Source of the DNA: Flavobacteriales bacterium
GTDB lineage: Bacteria; Bacteroidota; Bacteroidia; Flavobacteriales; Flavobacteriaceae
Direction of reading: 5' to 3'
Length of the DNA stretch: 64,000 nt
Assembly: GCA_004214185.1 (NCBI GenBank)
Contig: SGZG01000002.1
Coordinates: 16,948-80,947 of the forward strand
In this document: positions 47,744 through 56,725 of the stretch, piece by piece
Layout of the letters: every line of letters starts with the position of its first letter
How positions within the stretch are numbered: position 1 is the first letter of the stretch
Program-made: the position numbers and the translations under genes
Notes under the pieces: generated by a model
What the model saw: only the letters and a program-made list of their open reading frames with translations
Database searches by the model: none
What the model was told of the DNA's origin: nothing

Positions 47744-48801
47744 TAATTTAAAGCCTTAATTATAGTATTATCAGATTTCTTGTTAGTTCCATCAAAACCT
47801 TTTATTCCAGAAACCGTAGTATACTTTAAAATATTCTTTTTGTTAGGATAAATAATTTTATATGCTGTTTGACACATCAAAGTAGCCTCATGAAAACCAC
47901 ACAATATAAGTTTTAGTTTGCCAGGGTATGTATTAATATCACCAATTGCAAAAACACCTGGAATATTTGTTTGATAGTCTAAAGAATTGTTGACTACTAT
48001 TGAATTTTTTTCAATTTCTAAACCCCAATTTGCTAAACCTCCAAGTTTTGGTATTAATCCAAACAGTGGAATAAAAAAGTCCGTAAGTATTTCCTTTTTT
48101 TGGCCCATAAAATCAACTATAATACTTTCAAGATTATTTGTTCCTTTTAATTCTTTTACTTCGGAAGGAGTAATAACATCAATAACTAAATTACTTTTTA
48201 ATTTTTGAACTTTTTCAACAGAATCTACAGCGCCCCTAAATTCATTTCTTCTATGAACTAATGTTATTTTTTTTGCAATTTTTGATAGTTCAATAGCCCA
48301 GTCTAAAGCAGAATCTCCTCCTCCAGCAATTACAACATTTTTTTGTTTAAATAAATTTGGATCTTTAATCATGTACTCCACACCTTTACCTTCAAAATCA
48401 ATTATATTATCAATTGGAGGTTTTCTTGGTTCAAAACTGCCAAGACCACCAGCAATTGCAACTACTTTTGCATTATGTACTTTTAATGTATTAGTCACAA
48501 CGTCAAATGATCCATCATCCTTTTTTATTAATTTTTCAGCTCTTTCTCCAAGTGTATAACTCGGAGAAAACGGTTTTATTTGTTCTAATAAATTGTCAAC
48601 TAAATCACCTGCTAGAATTTCAGGCATTCCTGGAATATCATAGATTGGTTTTTTAGGGTAAATTTCTGAGCATTGGCCTCCAGGCTTAGCAAGAGCATCA
48701 ATTAAATGACACTTTAAGCCTAACAAGCCTGCTTCGAAAACTGTAAACAATCCAACTGGACCTGCACCAATGATTAAGATATCTGATTTGATAACGCTCA
48801 T
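47743..48801 (-). CDS. ferredoxin-NADP+ reductase, thioredoxin-reductase-like type
   Basis: 352 aa. ILIIGAGPVGLF FAD fold and a second dinucleotide fold VVIAGGGDSALDWA. No CxxC redox motif. VFAIGDI. Confidence 0.85.
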   Translation of the reverse strand: MSVIKSDILIIGAGPVGLFTVFEAGLLGLKCHLIDALAKPGGQCSEIYPKKPIYDIPGMPEILAGDLVDNLLEQIKPFSPSYTLGERAEKLIKKDDGSFDVVTNTLKVHNAKVVAIAGGLGSFEPRKPPIDNIIDFEGKGVEYMIKDPNLFKQKNVVIAGGGDSALDWAIELSKIAKKITLVHRRNEFRGAVDSVEKVQKLKSNLVIDVITPSEVKELKGTNNLESIIVDFMGQKKEILTDFFIPLFGLIPKLGGLANWGLEIEKNSIVVNNSLDYQTNIPGVFAIGDINTYPGKLKLILCGFHEATLMCQTAYKIIYPNKKNILKYTTVSGIKGFDGTNKKSDNTIIKALN

Positions 48802-49038
48802 TTACGAAACACTAATAACTTTTTCAATTTCAGGAGCATATTTTTTTATTGTCATTTCAACTCCATTTTTTAATGTCATTTGATTAACTGAGCAACTAAC
48901 ACAATTACCCAATAATTTAACCTCAACTACATTATCAACAACAGAAACTAGTTCAATATTTCCCCCATCTGACTCTAAAAATGGTCTTATTTCTTTTAAT
49001 GCAATCTGAATTTTTTCATTTAATGATTCTTCACTCAT
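48802..49038 (-). CDS. NifU C-terminal-domain (Nfu-type) Fe-S scaffold protein
   Basis: 78 aa. IRPFLESDGGNIELV and LLGNCVSCS (CxxC). Confidence 0.8.
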   Translation of the reverse strand: MSEESLNEKIQIALKEIRPFLESDGGNIELVSVVDNVVEVKLLGNCVSCSVNQMTLKNGVEMTIKKYAPEIEKVISVS

Positions 49039-49052
49039 AACAATTTATATTT

Positions 49053-50177
49053 TTAAGATGAACATCCGGACATGGTAGTAATTTTTATTACTTCAGTTTT
49101 AGGAAGTTCTTTATTTCTAATTAAAAGTTGAGACAACATATTTTTTGTAATATTCTTGAAAATCTCTTCAATATTTGTACTATCCTGCATCGATGCTGGA
49201 ATTCCATAATCACCAGCCTCTCTAACACTTTGAATTAAGGGTATTTCGCCTAAAAAAGGAATTTTCATATCATTTGATAAATTTTGAACCCCATGTTTTC
49301 CGAAAATATAATATTTATTTCTGGGTAATTCTTCAGGTGTAAAGTAAGCCATGTTTTCAATAAATCCTAAAACAGGAACATTTATATTTTCTTTTTTAAA
49401 CATAGAAACACCTTTTTTTGCATCAATTAATGCAACATTTTGAGGAGTACTAACAACAACTGCACCGGAAATTGGTAAAGATTGCATAATACTCAAATGA
49501 ATGTCACCTGTTCCAGGGGGGAGATCAATTAAAAGAAAATCAAGCTCTCCCCAATCCGCATCAAAAATCATTTGATTTAAAGCTTTTGATGCCATAGGGC
49601 CCCTCCAAATAACTGCTTCATCTTTTTTAGTAAAAAAACCTATAGATAGAATTTTGACTCCATAGTTCTCAATAGGCTTCATTTTTGATTTACCATCAAT
49701 TGTTACAGCCAGTGGTTTTTGTTCTTCAACATCAAACATTATAGGCATTGAGGGACCATAAATATCCGAATCTAAAACACCTACGTTAAATCCCATTTTT
49801 GATAAAGATACGGCTAGATTTGCTGTAACTGTTGATTTACCAACACCTCCCTTTGCAGATGAAATTGCGATAATATTAGAAATATTACTGATTTTTCTTT
49901 GAGGATTGTAGATTTTATTTTCCTTTTTTGAAGAACCTACTATAAAATTAATTTTTAGTTCAATTTTTTGATCAATATTGCTTTTCAAAAAAGATAATAA
50001 GTTTTCTCTTATAACATTTTTTGATTTTAAAGTTGGATTTGTAACCTCTAAATCAACGTTAATTTCATTTCCATAAATAACTATATTTTTAATTGACCCA
50101 CTAGAAACGACATCAACTTCTTGATTATCTAAATAAAATTTATTTAAAATTTCTAAAATTAATTCTTTAGTCAACAT
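49053..50177 (-). CDS. apbC: Mrp/ApbC/NBP35-family Fe-S cluster carrier ATPase
   Basis: 374 aa. N-terminal DUF59-like region, deviant Walker A SAKGGVGKST, and DLPPGTGD. Confidence 0.9.
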   Translation of the reverse strand: MLTKELILEILNKFYLDNQEVDVVSSGSIKNIVIYGNEINVDLEVTNPTLKSKNVIRENLLSFLKSNIDQKIELKINFIVGSSKKENKIYNPQRKISNISNIIAISSAKGGVGKSTVTANLAVSLSKMGFNVGVLDSDIYGPSMPIMFDVEEQKPLAVTIDGKSKMKPIENYGVKILSIGFFTKKDEAVIWRGPMASKALNQMIFDADWGELDFLLIDLPPGTGDIHLSIMQSLPISGAVVVSTPQNVALIDAKKGVSMFKKENINVPVLGFIENMAYFTPEELPRNKYYIFGKHGVQNLSNDMKIPFLGEIPLIQSVREAGDYGIPASMQDSTNIEEIFKNITKNMLSQLLIRNKELPKTEVIKITTMSGCSS

Positions 50178-50200
50178 AAGCTCAAAATTATTCTAAATTG

Positions 50201-50208
50201 CAAATATA
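50201..50208 (-). promoter_or_regulatory. candidate -7 box TATATTTG for the apbC-nfu-fnr-mvaD-mvk-ubiA unit
   Basis: Perfect TAnnTTTG on the minus strand, 23 nt upstream of the apbC ATG. Same TATATTTGC 9-mer as at miaB and both tRNAs. Confidence 0.5.
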
Positions 50209-50227
50209 ATATTCCTTAAAACAATAA

Positions 50228-50554
50228 TTACAATTCTTTAGAGGGATCCCAAAAGTATCTGTCAAAATCTATTATCATATCTTTTTCAACTAAGATTCCT
50301 TCACTTTCAAGAAGTTGTTTCATTAAATTTGTTCCAAAGAAATGTTTTTTTCCGGTTAATAAACCAATTCTATTAACTACTCTGTGTGCAGGTATATCTT
50401 TATTCAAATGAGAAGCATTCATGGCCCACCCTACAACTCTTGCACTTTTATTTGAACCCAAATATTTAGCAATAGCACCATATGTACTAACTCTGCCAAA
50501 GGGGATCTTTTTTACAACAATGTAAACTCTTTCAAAAAAATCATTATTACTCAT
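50228..50554 (-). CDS. alkyltransferase-like (ATL) protein, an MGMT DNA-binding domain without the acceptor cysteine
   Basis: 108 aa. IPFGRVSTYGAIA...ARVVGWAM...IPAHRVV. The PCHRV active site reads PAHRV. Confidence 0.8.
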   Translation of the reverse strand: MSNNDFFERVYIVVKKIPFGRVSTYGAIAKYLGSNKSARVVGWAMNASHLNKDIPAHRVVNRIGLLTGKKHFFGTNLMKQLLESEGILVEKDMIIDFDRYFWDPSKEL

Positions 50555-51224
50555 GGAAGCTAAAACTTAAATAAGTTATTTTTTTATTCTCCTTTAAGTA
50601 AATACTTTCATAATGAGTTTGAATATTAATTACATCTTTAGGGACATTTAGATTTTTATATACATCGTGATTTGAATGTATTGGCTTAATAGACATAGAT
50701 TCAAGTAAACCTAAGGTGTATCCATGTAAAAACTCACTATCTGTCTTTAAATGTATAATACCATTTGATTTTAAAATATTTTTATAAATTGATAAGAATT
50801 TTGGATTAGTTAACCTATGTTTTCTTCTTTGAAATTTAATTTGAGGGTCTGGAAAAGTCAACCAAATTTCATCAATTTCGTTTTCTTTAAAAACATAATT
50901 CAGTAATTCAATCTGAGTTCTTAAAAAATAAACATTAGATAGTTTTTCTTCTAAAGAAGTCTTTGCTCCTCTCCAAAATCTAGCTCCTTTAATATCAATT
51001 CCAATAAAATTTTTATTAGGATTTAACTTGGCTAAGTTAACAGTATATTCACCTTTACCACATCCAAGCTCTAAAACGATAGGATTAGAATTTTTAAAAA
51101 CTTGTTTTCTCCAACTACCATATTGTTTGAATTTTTTTTCAATTAATTCATCTCTTGTGGGTTGGACTACATTTTTAAAACTTTCGTTCTCAGCAAATCT
51201 TTTAAGTTTATTTTTACTTCCCAA
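50547..51224 (-). CDS. trmB: tRNA (guanine46-N7)-methyltransferase
   Basis: 225 aa. LELGCGKGEYT SAM motif, FPDPQIKFQRRKHR and IHLKTDS. Confidence 0.9.
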   Translation of the reverse strand: MGSKNKLKRFAENESFKNVVQPTRDELIEKKFKQYGSWRKQVFKNSNPIVLELGCGKGEYTVNLAKLNPNKNFIGIDIKGARFWRGAKTSLEEKLSNVYFLRTQIELLNYVFKENEIDEIWLTFPDPQIKFQRRKHRLTNPKFLSIYKNILKSNGIIHLKTDSEFLHGYTLGLLESMSIKPIHSNHDVYKNLNVPKDVINIQTHYESIYLKENKKITYLSFSFHE

Positions 51225-51248
51225 ATTTCAAATATTTAGGCAGTAAAT

Positions 51249-52292
51249 TTAGTTAGATTTTTCTATTGAGAAGGAAAATTCAGAACCAATTCCGTAATCA
51301 CTCTCTACATATATTTTTTCATTATGAGCGTCAATTATGTGCTTAACTATGGCTAGACCTAATCCCGAACCACCTGTTGATCTATTTCCTGAATTTTCAA
51401 CTCTATAAAATCTTTCAAACAATCTTTCAAAGTGTTCTTTTTTAATTCCTTGTCCATTGTCTGTAATTCTAACTAAATATTTGTTTTCAAGTATTTCCTC
51501 AATAGAGATTTCAGTTGTTCCATCTTTCTTTCCATACTTAATTGAATTTTCAATTAAATTAGTTAAAACTTGATGAATTTTTTCCTGGTCAGCAGTAACA
51601 TTGATTTTATTTTTTTTAGAATCAATTATAAGAGATATATTATTTTTTTCTGCTTGAATTTCAAGCATTTCAAAAACATTATTAATAATAGAAATTAAAT
51701 TAAACGATGTTTTTTCTAATTTCATATTATCAGATTCTAATTTTGTAATTAAATCCAAATCTTTCGCAATGAAAATCAATCTTTCTATAGCTTTCTCGGC
51801 AATTTTTAAATACTTTAAATTTACTTTTTCGTCTTTCAATGCACCATCAATAAGAGTCAACAAGTAACTTTGAGAAGTAAATAGAGGCGTTTTAAGCTCA
51901 TGAGCCAAATTACCAATAAAATTTCGACGAAAATTTTCTTTCTCCTTCATTGACTTAATCTCAGTTTGACTTTCAATAGAATAATTTTTTAGTTGATCAA
52001 CTAAATCTTCCATATTAGTTGAAATTAAATTCTCTTCAACAATATCTTTCTTTGGGATAATTGAGTTATATATCTCTTTGATTTTATTTTCAACAAAAAA
52101 CTTTAAATATAAATAAGTAAAAAAGAAAGAAACTAATGTTAAAACAGTTGTCAAAAACAAAAATTGACTAATATTTTCTATTTGATAAGTGTTATTAAAA
52201 TTGATTGAGAGATAAGTAATTATTGATATTACCAGAGCAAGGATTAATGAAAAAACAAATGATTTTAGCTTTATGTTACTAAATGATGACAT
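51249..52292 (-). CDS. sensor histidine kinase (two TM helices, minimal external loop)
   Basis: 347 aa. H-box LAHELKTPL, N-box NLIENSIKY, G-boxes DNGQGI and GGSGLGLAIV. TM helices at about residues 12-29 and 43-63. Confidence 0.85.
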   Translation of the reverse strand: MSSFSNIKLKSFVFSLILALVISIITYLSINFNNTYQIENISQFLFLTTVLTLVSFFFTYLYLKFFVENKIKEIYNSIIPKKDIVEENLISTNMEDLVDQLKNYSIESQTEIKSMKEKENFRRNFIGNLAHELKTPLFTSQSYLLTLIDGALKDEKVNLKYLKIAEKAIERLIFIAKDLDLITKLESDNMKLEKTSFNLISIINNVFEMLEIQAEKNNISLIIDSKKNKINVTADQEKIHQVLTNLIENSIKYGKKDGTTEISIEEILENKYLVRITDNGQGIKKEHFERLFERFYRVENSGNRSTGGSGLGLAIVKHIIDAHNEKIYVESDYGIGSEFSFSIEKSN

Positions 52293-52296
52293 AATA

Positions 52297-52995
52297 TTAT
52301 TGGTTAAACTTGTATCCTATTCCTTTGACTGTTTTAAAATACAAAACTCCAATTTTTTCTCTTAATTTTCTAATATGAACATCTATTGTTCTATCACCCA
52401 CTACAACTTCAGATCCCCATACTTTGCCCATTATTTCATCTCTTGTAAATACTTTACCAGGTTTAGAGGCCAATAAATAAAATAGCTCAAACTCCTTTCT
52501 TGGAAGTGCAATTTCTTTATTTTTTAGATAAACTAAATATGAGTTTCTATCTATCTTTACCTCACCCAAGTCAATTAAAGTTATTTCTTCATTTTTTTTA
52601 TTAAGTCTTTTAAAAATTGATTCAATTTTTTTTAGTAAAATTTTTGGTTTAACTGGTTTAGAAATATAATCATCTGCGCCAGCATCAAAAGCTGATAACT
52701 GAGTATAGTCTTCACTTCTAGCACTTAAAAATATAATTCGTGTATTTACTAAAGAGGGAATTTCTTTAATAAGCGAGCAGGCCTCTATACCATCCATTTC
52801 AGGCATCATAACGTCAAGCAAAATTATTTCTGGAAGAAATATTTTTGCTTTTTTTATAGCTTCTTTTCCATTAGCTGCAGATTTAACATCATAACCACCT
52901 AAAGACAAATTGTATCTAAGTATTTCAACTATATCCGGGTCATCATCAACAACAAGAATTTTAGGAATTTTAGACATTTTTTTAATTTTTTTCAA
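52297..52995 (-). CDS. OmpR/PhoB-family response regulator
   Basis: Receiver domain ILVVDDDPDI...LLDVMMPEMDG...SKP and a winged-helix C-terminus RTIDVHIRKLREKI...GIGYKF. A later start at MSKIPK (52977) is possible. Confidence 0.9.
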   Translation of the reverse strand: MKKIKKMSKIPKILVVDDDPDIVEILRYNLSLGGYDVKSAANGKEAIKKAKIFLPEIILLDVMMPEMDGIEACSLIKEIPSLVNTRIIFLSARSEDYTQLSAFDAGADDYISKPVKPKILLKKIESIFKRLNKKNEEITLIDLGEVKIDRNSYLVYLKNKEIALPRKEFELFYLLASKPGKVFTRDEIMGKVWGSEVVVGDRTIDVHIRKLREKIGVLYFKTVKGIGYKFNQ

Positions 52996-53064
52996 AATTA
53001 AATATTTAAGAGTTTAACTTGCAGCATTTAACAATTACTTAATATTGTAAAGGGCATAATTTAA

Positions 53065-54012
53065 ATGAATATAAATTTAAAATCCAATGTAAACTTTGAA
53101 ATTGAAGCATTAAAAATTTTCAATTATCAATATAATAATAATAAGGTTTACAACAAGTATTGTAATTTTTTAAAAATTAGAAATGTCACTAAACTAGAGG
53201 AAATTCCATTTATGCCAATCCAATTTTTTAAAAATCACAAAGTTAGTTGCAATAATAAACATTCTCATGTTTTTAAAAGTAGTGGAACTAAAGGAACTAG
53301 AAGCAAGCATTATATTTCTGATATTAAATTATATGTAGAATGTTTTGAAAAAATATTTAAATCAAATTACGGTAATGTTAAAGGAAAGATTATTTTAGGA
53401 CTTCTACCTTCTTATGTTGAACAAGGTTATTCATCTTTAGTTTTTATGGTTGATCATTTAATTAAATTATCTGAGCAAACAAAGAGTGGATTTTATTTAA
53501 ATAATTATAAGAAACTTTATGATTTAATAAACAATGTAAATGAAAAAAAAATAATTCTTTTTGGTGTAAGTTACGCATTACTAGATTTTATTGAAAAATA
53601 CAATTTGAGTTCTAAAAATTTAACGGTAATCGAAACAGGTGGAATGAAAGGAAGAAGAAAGGAGATAACAAGAGATGAACTTCATGAAAGATTAAAAATA
53701 GGGTTTGGTACTGAATCAATACATTCGGAATATGGAATGACTGAACTACTTTCTCAAGCTTATTCAAAAAAAAATGGAATATTTAAAACACCAAATTGGC
53801 TAAAAGTTTATTGCAGAGACATAAACAATCCGCTAAACATTAAATCAAGTGGAAAAGGTGTTTTAAATTTTATAGATTTAGCAAACATTAATTCATGTTC
53901 TTTTATTGCAACTGAAGATATCGGTCAAGTATATTCTAATGATTCTTTTGAAGTTTTGGGAAGGTTAGATGAATCTGATATTAGAGGATGTAATCTTATG
54001 TTTAGTCAATAG
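53065..54012 (+). CDS. LuxE/PaaK-like acyl-adenylate-forming enzyme (acyl-protein synthetase family)
   Basis: 315 aa. FKSSGTKGTRSKHY (P-loop-like), ETGGMKGRRKE and IHSEYGMTELLSQAYS. The pattern is recalled from flavobacterial LuxE-family proteins. Confidence 0.65.
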   Translation: MNINLKSNVNFEIEALKIFNYQYNNNKVYNKYCNFLKIRNVTKLEEIPFMPIQFFKNHKVSCNNKHSHVFKSSGTKGTRSKHYISDIKLYVECFEKIFKSNYGNVKGKIILGLLPSYVEQGYSSLVFMVDHLIKLSEQTKSGFYLNNYKKLYDLINNVNEKKIILFGVSYALLDFIEKYNLSSKNLTVIETGGMKGRRKEITRDELHERLKIGFGTESIHSEYGMTELLSQAYSKKNGIFKTPNWLKVYCRDINNPLNIKSSGKGVLNFIDLANINSCSFIATEDIGQVYSNDSFEVLGRLDESDIRGCNLMFSQ

Positions 54013-55309
54013 TTATAAGGAAATAAAATTTCTTTCCTCTTTGAGCTAAAATATACTTATCACATATTAGACTTTTTTCAGAAATGGTGTATGATAAATC
54101 AATTTTTTCCTTATTAATAGAAACCGCATTCTGATTAATTGATCTTAAAATTTCAGATTTTGATGATAAAAATCCTACACTGTGAAGAAAATCTTGAATA
54201 TTTTTAGACTTAGTGAAATCCCTTTTCTTAATAACTATATTTGGAACTCCATCAAAAATTTCTAAAAAAGTTTTTTCGTCTAATTTACCAAGGTCTTCAG
54301 ACGTTGATTTTCCAAACAAAATATTTGAGGCAGTAATCGAATTATTCAGATCCTCTTTTGAATGAACTAAAACAGTTAAAAAGTCTGCTATTAAGTTTTG
54401 TAAAATTCTCTTATGCGGAGCTTCTTGGTGGGACTTGATAAAATTTTCAATTTCGCTTTCATTATAAAAGGTAAATATTTTAATATACTTTTTTGCATCA
54501 TCATCAGAAATGTTAAGCCAGTATTGATAAAATTTATATGGAGATGTTTTATTTCTGTCAAGCCAAACATTACCATCTTCAGTTTTACCAAATTTTGTTC
54601 CATCAGCTTTAGTTATTAGTGGGCATGTGATTGCATATGCTTTTTCTGATGTTTTTTTTCTAATGAGTTCAACCCCACTGGTAATATTGCCCCATTGGTC
54701 ACTACCACCCATCTGAATAGAACAATCTTTATTAGTAAATAAGTGATAAAAATCATATGCTTGAATTAATTGGTAAGTAAATTCTGTAAATGACATTCCA
54801 ACAGTAGAATCTTTACTTAATCGTTTTTTAACAGATTCTTTAGCAATCATGTAGTTTACTGTTATATGCTTACCAGTATCTCTAATAAAGTCAATAAGAT
54901 TTACATTTTGATACCAATCATTATTATTACAAAGCTCAGCAGAATTGTTATCATCAGAATCAAATTCTAAAAACTTTGATAGCTGCTTGTAAATTCCTTT
55001 AATATTTTTATTGAGTTCATCCTTTGTAAGTAAATTTCTTTCATTTGATTTTCCAGACGGATCTCCAATCATGCCAGTTGCACCACCAATAAGAACAATT
55101 GGTTTATGCCCAAATCTTTGAAAATGCATTAAGATTAATATTTGAACTAAACTGCCTATATGTAATGAGTCTGATGTAGGATCAAATCCTATATAGCCGG
55201 AACAAGACTTTTCTTTTAATATGTCTTCACAACCAGGGATGTAATCTTGAAGCATCCCTCTCCATTCTAATTCTTTTATAAAGTTTGACACGAAATTAAG
55301 TTTTAACAA
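54002..55309 (-). CDS. tyrS: tyrosine--tRNA ligase
   Basis: 435 aa. HIGH motif (SLHIGSLV), KMSKS-like KFGKT, and a C-terminal S4 domain. The start must be TTG 55309 (or GTG 55291), because the first ATG falls after the conserved ELEWRG. Confidence 0.95.
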   Translation of the reverse strand: MLKLNFVSNFIKELEWRGMLQDYIPGCEDILKEKSCSGYIGFDPTSDSLHIGSLVQILILMHFQRFGHKPIVLIGGATGMIGDPSGKSNERNLLTKDELNKNIKGIYKQLSKFLEFDSDDNNSAELCNNNDWYQNVNLIDFIRDTGKHITVNYMIAKESVKKRLSKDSTVGMSFTEFTYQLIQAYDFYHLFTNKDCSIQMGGSDQWGNITSGVELIRKKTSEKAYAITCPLITKADGTKFGKTEDGNVWLDRNKTSPYKFYQYWLNISDDDAKKYIKIFTFYNESEIENFIKSHQEAPHKRILQNLIADFLTVLVHSKEDLNNSITASNILFGKSTSEDLGKLDEKTFLEIFDGVPNIVIKKRDFTKSKNIQDFLHSVGFLSSKSEILRSINQNAVSINKEKIDLSYTISEKSLICDKYILAQRGKKFYFLITID

Positions 55310-55353
55310 ATATATATCTCTTGAGTGTAAGAAAAAAGTAAAGTAAAAAATAG

Positions 55354-55361
55354 TACTTTCG
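55354..55361 (+). promoter_or_regulatory. candidate -7 box TACTTTCG (7/8) only 4 nt before the ATG
   Basis: TACTTTCG-CTTT-ATG. The spacing implies a leaderless or near-leaderless mRNA for the epimerase-family gene. Confidence 0.35.
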
Positions 55362-55365
55362 CTTT

Positions 55366-56370
55366 ATGATATTAGTTACTGGAGGTACCGGACTTGTTGG
55401 GTGTCATTTGCTTTACAATTTAATTTTAAATGGTAAAAAGGTAAAGGCCTTACACAGAAAAAACAGCAATATTGAGGTTGTAAAAAAAGTATTTTCATAT
55501 TACTCTGAAAACTCAAATAATTTGTTTAACAAAATAGATTGGGTTGAGGGTAACATTAATGACATTACAAGCTTAGATAATGCGTTCAAAAATGTAGATG
55601 AAGTCTATCATTGTGCTGCTTTTATTTCTTTTAGTAATGAGGATTTAAATGCCATGAAAAAAATAAACATTGATGGCACGGCGAATATGATAAATTTTGC
55701 TTTAGAAAAAAAGGTTGATAAATTTTGTTATGTCAGCACAATCGCAGCTGTTGGTGAAAAAAAAGATTCTTTAATTGATGAAGAATGTGAATGGAAAGAA
55801 AATAATAATCCCTACTCCGAAACTAAACATTATGCTGAACTTGAAGTTTGGAGAGGAATTTCAGAGGGATTAAATGCAGTTATTGTTAACCCAGGTGTTA
55901 TTGTTGGTAGTGGATTTTGGAGAAGGGGGAGTGGAGCCTTTATCACTACAGTGAGTAGAGGAATGAATTATTACCCAACTGGTAAAACTGGTTTTATTTG
56001 CGTTAAAGATGTTGTTAGTATAATGATAAAATTAATGGACAAAAATGTTTTTTCTGAAAGATTTATTTTAGTTGCTGAAAATTGGTCTCAAAAAGATTTT
56101 ATAAATAGTATTTGTAAAAATTTAGACATTAAACCTCCAAAAAATAAAGCAACAAATAGCATTATGTATTTAGGACTTTACTTAGATTTTTTTAGAAGTT
56201 TTTTTCTAAACAAAAAAAGAAGATTAAGTAAAGCTATCATTAAATCTGGGCAATCTAAAAATGAATATTGTAATAAAAAAATTAAAAATTCTATAAATCA
56301 TAATTTTATTAAAGTCGAAGACTCAATAATTGAGACTTGTAAAAACTTTAAGATTAATCTATATCAATAG
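55366..56370 (+). CDS. NAD-dependent epimerase/dehydratase-family (extended SDR) protein
   Basis: 334 aa. ILVTGGTGLVG Rossmann start and catalytic YSETK (YxxxK). Confidence 0.8.
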   Translation: MILVTGGTGLVGCHLLYNLILNGKKVKALHRKNSNIEVVKKVFSYYSENSNNLFNKIDWVEGNINDITSLDNAFKNVDEVYHCAAFISFSNEDLNAMKKINIDGTANMINFALEKKVDKFCYVSTIAAVGEKKDSLIDEECEWKENNNPYSETKHYAELEVWRGISEGLNAVIVNPGVIVGSGFWRRGSGAFITTVSRGMNYYPTGKTGFICVKDVVSIMIKLMDKNVFSERFILVAENWSQKDFINSICKNLDIKPPKNKATNSIMYLGLYLDFFRSFFLNKKRRLSKAIIKSGQSKNEYCNKKIKNSINHNFIKVEDSIIETCKNFKINLYQ

Positions 56371-56725
56371 ATTCATTCTCTTGGAAATTTGATTTGCTTT
56401 TTAGTTCTAACTCAATTGAATCCCTAACACTTATCATTTTTTTTTGCAGACTTGAATATATCTTTAAATATAACTTAGGATTTGTGGAATAATAAAAATT
56501 GCTTTCAGCAAATTGCATACTATCAATATTATGAATCTTGTAAAGAAGAGTGTCTTTAATGTTGTAATAATTTAAGTCAGAAATATTTCTAAATGACCGA
56601 CTTGAATTAATTATGTTAACATCAAAAAGAAAATCAACCATTTGCTGCTCAGTCATTAAATTATCAGGCTTTGAATTTTCTGAACATGAAAAAAAAATTA
56701 ATATTATTATTAAAAACCTTTTCAT
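56354..56725 (-). CDS. small lipoprotein (DUF4296-like)
   Basis: 123 aa. Lipobox IFFSCSE. The DUF4296 assignment is from memory of flavobacterial synteny upstream of... actually downstream of pyrC. Overlaps the convergent gene by 17 nt and pyrC by 4 nt. Confidence 0.45.
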   Translation of the reverse strand: MKRFLIIILIFFSCSENSKPDNLMTEQQMVDFLFDVNIINSSRSFRNISDLNYYNIKDTLLYKIHNIDSMQFAESNFYYSTNPKLYLKIYSSLQKKMISVRDSIELELKSKSNFQENESIDID

